Positions 58,405-64,000 of a stretch of 64,000 nucleotides of DNA are shown piece after piece. Position numbers and translations under genes: made by a program. The notes below the pieces were generated by a model. It made no database searches. It saw only the letters and a program-made list of their open reading frames with translations, and was not told the DNA's origin. Origin of the DNA: Candidatus Multivorans sp. (lineage in GTDB: Bacteria; Acidobacteriota; Thermoanaerobaculia; Multivoradales; Multivoraceae); the NCBI GenBank assembly GCA_965224025.1, contig OZ245033.1:1856001-1920000 (forward strand), given 5' to 3'. The stretch's first letter is position 1; each line of letters begins with the position of its first letter.

Positions 58405-58844
58405 GCGAAACCGCAGCTACGGGTCAGAGAATGCGCGGCCAGTGCCTGTGCGGCGCCGTGGAGTTCGAAGTCGACGTGCCGGAGCGCACCTACAGCGTCT
58501 GCCATTGCGGCATGTGCCGGCGCTGGTCCGGCGGACCGCTGATGTCCGTCCACTGCCCCGAACCCAACACGGAATGGCTGAACGACGAGGGACTCACCTG
58601 GTACCAAGGCACCCCCTGGGCGCAGCGCGGCTTCTGCTCCGGCTGCGGATCGAGCCTGTTCTGGCGCCTGGCGGAGCAACCCGAGGGCATGCTGATCGTC
58701 AGCGTCGACGCCCTGGAAGACGCGGCCGGCTTCCATCTCGACCGTCACATTTACAGCGACGCCAAGCCCGACCGCTACGACTTCGCCGACGATCGGCCGC
58801 GGGTGACGGAGGCGCAGCTGATGAAGGAGCTGGGGCTCGGGTAG
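58401..58844 (+). CDS. GFA / CENP-V family zinc-binding protein
   Basis: GQCLCGAV, CHCGMCRR, RGFCSGCGSSLF. Confidence 0.92.
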   Translation: MSETAATGQRMRGQCLCGAVEFEVDVPERTYSVCHCGMCRRWSGGPLMSVHCPEPNTEWLNDEGLTWYQGTPWAQRGFCSGCGSSLFWRLAEQPEGMLIVSVDALEDAAGFHLDRHIYSDAKPDRYDFADDRPRVTEAQLMKELGLG

Positions 58845-58864
58845 GAAACCAGGGGGAGCGTGAC

Positions 58865-61168
58865 ATGAGTTCCAACCATGTACCGGGCGACGTGCGACTG
58901 CGGAGCGTCGTGGCGGCTGCCGCGATCCTGGGGCTCCTGGCCTCGGGCGCGGTTCTCGGCCAGTCCGGCCCGCTGATCGAACCCGTCACCGACGCCGAAC
59001 TCGCCGCCACGCCCGACGGCGACTGGTTGAGCTTCCGCGGCAACCTCGCCGCCTGGGCCTATACGGCGCTCGACGCGGTGAACACGGAGACCGTTGGGCA
59101 ACTCGACTTCGCCTGGGCGGCCCCGATGGAGGCCGGCCCCAACGAGGCGACGCCCCTGGTGCGCGGCGGCATCGTCTATCTACCGCAGACGGGCGACGTG
59201 ATCCACGCCCTCGACGCGCGCACCGGCGACCTGATCTGGGAGTACCGCCGTGAACACAACTACCTGGATCCCGAGGGTGCGGACCCGGAACGGCGCTTCG
59301 GCCAGGGTCTGGGGAGGATCACCCGCAACATCGCGATCTGGCAGGACGGCCTGTTCGTGGCCACGATGGACGCCTTCATCATCCGCCTGGACGCGAACAC
59401 CGGCGAGCTGGTGTGGGAAACCCGGGTCGGCGACAGCCGCATGGCCCACTCCTCCGGCCCGATCATCGCGAACGGCAAGGTGATCAGCGGCCGCTCCTGC
59501 AGCATGTCCGTGCACGGCGGATGCTTCCTGGCGGCCCACGACGCGGAGGACGGCCGCGAACTGTGGCGCTTCTACACGATCCCGAGGCCCGGCGAACCCG
59601 GCGACGAGACCTGGGGCGGTCTGCCGCTCGAGCGCCGCTACCACGTCGGCGCCTGGCACGTCGGCTCCTACGATCCCGAACTCGACCTCATCTACTGGGG
59701 CACGTCGGTGCCCGCGCCCTCGCCTGAGGTCCTCCGAGGCAGCGGTTCCGGCTCCCTGCTCTACTCGAACAGCACCCTGGCGCTTCGCCCCGACACCGGC
59801 GAGCTGGCGTGGTACTTCCAGCATCTTCCCCGAGACAACTGGGATCTGGACCATCCGTTCGAGCGCATCCTGGTCGATCTCGAGATGGAACCGGACGAGG
59901 AAGCAGCCTGGTCCATCAATCCGGCGCTCGAACGGGGCGAGCGGCGCCCGGTGATGACCGGCTTCCCCGGCAAGACCGCCATTCTCTGGACCCTGGACCG
60001 CGAGACCGGCGAGTTCCTGTGGGCGCGCGAGACCGTCTTCCAGAACGTGATCACGCACATCGATCCGGACACCGGCGCGGTCACGGTCAACGAGGAGGTC
60101 ATCCCGAAAGCCCGCGACGAGGAGTACGGCGTCGTCTGCCCGGCGGCGAGCGGCGGCAAGGACTGGCCCACCGCGGCCTACAGCCCGCTCACCGAGGCGG
60201 TCTACGCGCCCTTGCAGGACGTCTGCATGTCGCCGATCATCACCGGCACCGGCGAGGGACCGCCCCAAGGTTACGGCATCAACTTCCGGATGCAGTTGGC
60301 GCCGGGCAAGGCGACGGTTGGCCGCCTGGACGCGGTGTCCGCGCGCACGGCTGAGTCCCTGTGGCGATTCGAGGAGCCGGCCGGGATGATGTCGGTCATG
60401 ACCACCGGCGGCGGACTCGTCTTCGCCGGCAACACGAACCGCCGCTTCCGCGCCTGGGATGCTCGCACCGGCGATGTGCTCTGGGAGACGGTGCTCGGCG
60501 GGCCCGTCACCGGCTTTCCCGTGAGCTTCGCGGTGGACGGCGAGCAATATGTGGCCGTTCCCGCGGGCGGCGGCGATCTGCTGAGCGGCGCCTTCAATCG
60601 CTACGCCAACCTGACGGTCCGCTCCGGCTCGAACATGCTCTACGCATTCAAGCTCTCCGACACCGCCGGACGCGGTCCGATCGAACAGCCGGTAGTCGCT
60701 GACGCGGCCGCGGCCGAACCCGGGTGGCGCCCCGCGCCACCCGCGAACCAGTCCGCGCGCCCGTCATCGGGCGCGCGGATGGCACCGCCGCCGATGATCA
60801 TGATCGACGCTCCGCTGCTTGAGACATCGGCCCCCTGTGCGACCTTCTCCGCCGAGCAGGCCGAGCGCGGTGCAACCCTCTACCAGGAACAGTGCACCGA
60901 GTGTCACGGGCCCACGCTGCGCGGCGGCGCCCAGGGTGCGGCTCTAGCCGGCCGCAGCTTCACGAGCTACTGGTCGAACCGCGCCGCGAGCAGCCTCTAC
61001 CGGACGATCCGCGAGACGATGCCCCAGGGCAAGGAAGGGACGATCGGCCCCGCGGCCTCGGGCGACCTGGTCGCTTTCCTTCTGCGCGAGAACGGCGCTG
61101 AGGCCACCGGCGAACTCGGCACCGACGTCGAAGCGCTATACGGCCAGCGCACCTGCTTCCGGCAGTAG
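58865..61168 (+). CDS. PQQ-dependent dehydrogenase with C-terminal cytochrome c
   Basis: ALDARTGDLIW propeller repeats, YDPELDLIYWGT, WYFQHLPRDNWDLD, GGLVF, VDGEQYVAV, C-terminal CTECHG. Confidence 0.9.
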   Translation: MSSNHVPGDVRLRSVVAAAAILGLLASGAVLGQSGPLIEPVTDAELAATPDGDWLSFRGNLAAWAYTALDAVNTETVGQLDFAWAAPMEAGPNEATPLVRGGIVYLPQTGDVIHALDARTGDLIWEYRREHNYLDPEGADPERRFGQGLGRITRNIAIWQDGLFVATMDAFIIRLDANTGELVWETRVGDSRMAHSSGPIIANGKVISGRSCSMSVHGGCFLAAHDAEDGRELWRFYTIPRPGEPGDETWGGLPLERRYHVGAWHVGSYDPELDLIYWGTSVPAPSPEVLRGSGSGSLLYSNSTLALRPDTGELAWYFQHLPRDNWDLDHPFERILVDLEMEPDEEAAWSINPALERGERRPVMTGFPGKTAILWTLDRETGEFLWARETVFQNVITHIDPDTGAVTVNEEVIPKARDEEYGVVCPAASGGKDWPTAAYSPLTEAVYAPLQDVCMSPIITGTGEGPPQGYGINFRMQLAPGKATVGRLDAVSARTAESLWRFEEPAGMMSVMTTGGGLVFAGNTNRRFRAWDARTGDVLWETVLGGPVTGFPVSFAVDGEQYVAVPAGGGDLLSGAFNRYANLTVRSGSNMLYAFKLSDTAGRGPIEQPVVADAAAAEPGWRPAPPANQSARPSSGARMAPPPMIMIDAPLLETSAPCATFSAEQAERGATLYQEQCTECHGPTLRGGAQGAALAGRSFTSYWSNRAASSLYRTIRETMPQGKEGTIGPAASGDLVAFLLRENGAEATGELGTDVEALYGQRTCFRQ

Positions 61169-61242
61169 CCCTTGGGAACCCGTGTGGCGCGATCCGCGCC
61201 ATCCGCGAACCACTCCGCGCCCCCGTCATCCGGCGCGCGGAT
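60716..61242 (+). repeat. Two imperfect ~65-bp direct repeats, each with two hairpins (60716-60780 and 61176-61242)
   Basis: gaacccgggtggcgccccgcgccacccgcgaaccagtccgcgcgcccgtcatcgggcgcgcggat versus gaacccgtgtggcgcgatccgcgccatccgcgaaccactccgcgcccccgtcatccggcgcgcggat. Confidence 0.85.
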
Positions 61243-61277
61243 AGAACGCGGGCGTCTCGCCCGCATCCGCCGCATGA

Positions 61278-62384
61278 TCATCCATGATCGTGACCGGCCT
61301 CGTCATGATCGTCGTTACCGGCCTCGTCATCGCCGTCGTGACCGGCCTCGTCATCGCCGTCGTGACCGGCCTCGTCATCGCCGTCGTGACCCGCCTCGTC
61401 GTCGTCGTGACCCGCCTCGTCATCGCCGTCGTGACCCGCCTCGTCGTCGTCGTGGCCAGCCTCGTCATGGTCAGCAGGCTCTTGTTGCTCATGCCGCACG
61501 CCGTGATCGTGACCGTCATGCCCGTCGCCGGTGCGCGGATGCTGATGCCAGAGGCCGAGCACCGCCATCGTGCCGATGCCGATCAGCACGAGCGCGAACT
61601 TGAGCGACCGGTCCTTGTCCAGCTCGGGCATCGGTACGTCGTCGTCACCGATCAACGCGCTCCGCACGTAGTGCGCAATCCGGTCCCGCTCCCGGGAGAG
61701 TTCGGCATCGAGCACGTCCATCACCGCCACGTAGATGAAGGTGCCCGCCGCAATCGCGTTGAAGCTTCCCTCGAACAGGATCGCGGTTCTTCCCTCGAAG
61801 ACTTCTCCGGCGACGGTGCCCAGCACGATCCCGATCGGCGTCATGACCGAGAACAGCGCCAGGGTCTGCCACAGCGACCGGTTGCCCGCGGCGTGGGCCG
61901 TCACGATCAGGGCGAACGCGGCAGAGCCCTTGTGAAACAGGATGCCGAACATCACGACCAGTACGGCCGCGGCTTCGGGCTGAAGACCCAGGGCCATCCC
62001 CGCGATGATCGAGTGCACCGACAGCACGACGAGCAGGACGAAGGCGTAGAAGGGCGGTCTCGTCGGCTCTCCCTCCTCGCCGAGCCTCGAGTTGCGGCCT
62101 TCCAGGACGACCCGGTCGATCAGGAGCAGCAGGCCGACCCCCAGAGCCGCGAGCAGGGGCGCCAGGGGATAGTCGACCACTCCCCGGAGCGCTTCATCGG
62201 CTTCGGGCAGCAGGTGAACGAACCCAACGCCGAGGAAGATGCCCCCCGCGAGCGCATTCCCCAACGAAAGGTACCGGCGGCTCGCCCGCTGCTTCGCGAC
62301 CAGGATGGGAATCATGCCGCCGACCACGCCAATCGCCATGATCGCCAGACCGGCGATGATCTTGATGGCAAGCGGGGACATCAC
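61278..62384 (-). CDS. ZIP-family metal transporter with His/Asp-rich tail
   Basis: GGIFLGVGFVHLLPEA, LSVHSIIAG, LFHKGSAAF, GTFIYVA; C-terminal (HDGDDEAG)n. Confidence 0.92.
   Translation of the reverse strand: MMSPLAIKIIAGLAIMAIGVVGGMIPILVAKQRASRRYLSLGNALAGGIFLGVGFVHLLPEADEALRGVVDYPLAPLLAALGVGLLLLIDRVVLEGRNSRLGEEGEPTRPPFYAFVLLVVLSVHSIIAGMALGLQPEAAAVLVVMFGILFHKGSAAFALIVTAHAAGNRSLWQTLALFSVMTPIGIVLGTVAGEVFEGRTAILFEGSFNAIAAGTFIYVAVMDVLDAELSRERDRIAHYVRSALIGDDDVPMPELDKDRSLKFALVLIGIGTMAVLGLWHQHPRTGDGHDGHDHGVRHEQQEPADHDEAGHDDDEAGHDGDDEAGHDDDEAGHDGDDEAGHDGDDEAGHDGDDEAGNDDHDEAGHDHG
61288..61469 (-). repeat. Coding tandem repeat of 21/24-bp units (HDGDDEAG / HDDDEAG)
   Basis: Plus-strand unit tcgtgaccggcctcgtcatcgccg repeated about eight times with variants and no spacers. 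Confidence 0.9.
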
Positions 62385-62412
62385 GGGGCTCCTCCTCTAT
62401 CGCGTCGGCCGC

Positions 62413-63129
62413 TCAGGATGACCCGCCCACCGCTGCGGACTTGTCGTCAGCCAGAAACGGCGGCAACAGTTCCGGCCGCGCGTAGAGGTTCGCCTGAGCG
62501 GCTCGGACGTAGGCCGGGCGGGCGTTCAACCGTTCCCGGTAGGCGGCGAGCCGCGGGCCAATCGGCTCTCGGTAGGCCACCGCCCAATCGAGGCAACTGC
62601 CAAGCAGGATGTCGACCCCGGTGAAGCGGTCGCCGAGCAGGAACTCTCTCCCGTCCGCGAACTCGAGCTCCGCCACCGCGGACTGTTTCGCGAATCCCTC
62701 CGACGCCGCCTGGATCACCGTAGGGGCTTCGCCGTACAGGTGGGCAAGATCACGGTGCTTGCGGATGATGTAGAGCGTGTGGGCGTCGAGTTCCATCATC
62801 ACGAAGAACGCCCACTGGTCGTAACGCGCCCGCGCCTCGCTGCCCGCGGCCGGCATCAGGCCGTCCGGCTCACCGTACTTCTCCGCCAGGTAGTTCACGA
62901 TCGCCGCGCTCTCCGCGAGCGTCAGATCGCCGTCCTGGAGCAGCGGGATCTTCTGCCTCGGATTGAGCCGAGTGAACTCCTCCGTCTGGGTTTCCCCCGT
63001 GCGCGGACCGATCGGCCGGTGCTCGTAGTCGAGCCCCAACTCCGCCAGCGCCCAGTGCGCGCGCAATGTCCGCGAAGTGCTGCAGCCCCAAAGCACCAAG
63101 GGTGAGGCTGCGGTCTGCTTGTCTGTCAT
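62413..63129 (-). CDS. Glutathione S-transferase
   Basis: SRTLRAHWALAELG, NPRQKIPLL, ESAAI, GDRFTGVDI. Confidence 0.9.
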   Translation of the reverse strand: MTDKQTAASPLVLWGCSTSRTLRAHWALAELGLDYEHRPIGPRTGETQTEEFTRLNPRQKIPLLQDGDLTLAESAAIVNYLAEKYGEPDGLMPAAGSEARARYDQWAFFVMMELDAHTLYIIRKHRDLAHLYGEAPTVIQAASEGFAKQSAVAELEFADGREFLLGDRFTGVDILLGSCLDWAVAYREPIGPRLAAYRERLNARPAYVRAAQANLYARPELLPPFLADDKSAAVGGSS

Positions 63130-63277
63130 GGGGCTGACCGAGGATGTCAGAAATGCCGGTGGATGGGAACGGCGGAGCGTTGCCCAGGACCGAAGCCAGC
63201 GGCCGACGCCAGGTTGCAGGCCCGCACACACCGCATGATATCTCCCAAGACGAAACGATGATACTATTCCCGGCACA

Positions 63278-63841
63278 ATGGCGACAACGAACCCCACCTC
63301 CACCAAGTCCGGCCGCTTCCTGCTTCGGATGCCCCCCTCCCTCCACACTGCCCTCGACGGCGCGGCGCGAGCCGCCGGTCTATCTCTCAACGAGTACTGC
63401 GTTCGCCGCCTTGCTTCGGCGGGGGCCTGTCATGGCGATGCAGCCGCGCTTCTCGCCCGTGCTTCAGCAGTCGCGGGCAACGCACTGAACGCGATAGTCC
63501 TCCACGGCTCCTGGGTCCGCGGCGAGGCGACGGCGGCGTCGGATGTCGACGCGCTCATCGTTGTCGACCAAAGCGTCGACCTCAGCCGCGAGCTGTACCG
63601 CCTCTGGGACGCCGAACCGGTGACATGGCAGGGCCACCCGGTCGATCCACATTTCATCCACCCTGCCGAGGACGACACCTTCAGCGGACTCTGGGCCGAA
63701 GTGGCGGTCGATGGCCAGGTGCTCTTCGACCGCTACGGCTCGCTGGACAAGCACCTGCTCCGCGTCCGCCAAGCGATCGCGGAAGGCCGGCTCGTGCGGC
63801 ACGTCGTCCACGGCCAGCCCTACTGGACGGAGGCCGCCTGA
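63278..63841 (+). CDS. HicB-like RHH domain fused to an MNT nucleotidyltransferase (antitoxin)
   Basis: SGRFLLRMPPSLH...GLSLNEYC, then LHGSWVRGE...SDVDALIV. Confidence 0.85.
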   Translation: MATTNPTSTKSGRFLLRMPPSLHTALDGAARAAGLSLNEYCVRRLASAGACHGDAAALLARASAVAGNALNAIVLHGSWVRGEATAASDVDALIVVDQSVDLSRELYRLWDAEPVTWQGHPVDPHFIHPAEDDTFSGLWAEVAVDGQVLFDRYGSLDKHLLRVRQAIAEGRLVRHVVHGQPYWTEAA

Positions 63842-64000
63842 TGCGGAATCCGGCCCTGGCGGCCGATCACTTGCGTCGCGCGCAGGCCCGACTGCGCGCG
63901 CTCGACGTGCTCTACGAAGAAGAGAGCTGGGCCGACGTCGTCCGCGAGTCACAGGAGGTCGTAGAACTTGCCTTGAAGGGACTGCTGCATGCGGTCGGTG
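63841..64000 (+). CDS. HEPN-domain protein (runs off the window)
   Basis: MRNPALAADHLRRAQARL...WADVVRESQEVVELALKGLL; TGATG overlap with the MNT gene. Confidence 0.8.
   Translation, partial: MRNPALAADHLRRAQARLRALDVLYEEESWADVVRESQEVVELALKGLLHAVG

Noticed and set aside
61288-61469. Possible CRISPR array
   Set aside because: Contiguous in-frame 21/24-bp units without unique spacers; they encode the ZIP tail, and no cas genes are present.
50486-63129. Integrated formaldehyde pathway (sarcosine oxidase, GFA, GST, PQQ dehydrogenase)
   Set aside because: The genes are in separate units, most GFA-family proteins are not shown to act on formaldehyde, and no frmA/frmB is present.
1-64000. tRNA, rRNA, tmRNA, integron attC sites, intact integrase
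   Set aside because: None recognised by eye; covariance-model searches would be needed to exclude small RNAs.

Overview
High-GC bacterial window. A Thermoanaerobaculia-type C-terminal surface domain, an ankyrin protein and a PQQ/sulfatase-rich content suggest an Acidobacterium, possibly host- or sponge-associated (inference). In order: ankyrin protein and DUF4143-type AAA ATPase with a twin palindromic operator; a surface-glycan locus (heptose-type kinase, nucleotidyltransferase-phosphatase fusion, epimerases, sugar C-methyltransferase, Thr-type sulfatase-fold protein, GT2, flippase, GT-C, methyltransferase); a decayed MNT-HEPN pair; a cobalamin riboswitch with a BtuB-like receptor; recCBD; a cytochrome c-copper monooxygenase-like protein; a ~4.07 kb cargo element (27700-31777) bounded by 17-bp inverted arms plus a duplicated CCGA core, with no intact mobilising enzyme, abutting a truncated kynU; a candidate isoprenoid cluster (squalene synthase, tripartite RND pump, non-canonical P450, MpaB/Lcp-family oxygenase and a decayed second copy); a TonB receptor-HupE/UreJ-anchor-GST unit; a fabG-fabF-ACP-acyltransferase module; a sarcosine-oxidase-like operon; a PQQ dehydrogenase-cytochrome c fusion bracketed by a double-hairpin repeat; a ZIP transporter with a His/Asp repeat tail; a GST; and a HicB-MNT/HEPN pair running off the end. 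The best candidates for undescribed systems are the isoprenoid cluster and the inverted-arm-bounded element. No rRNA, tRNA or CRISPR array was recognised. All family calls come from motif recognition by eye, not from database searches.
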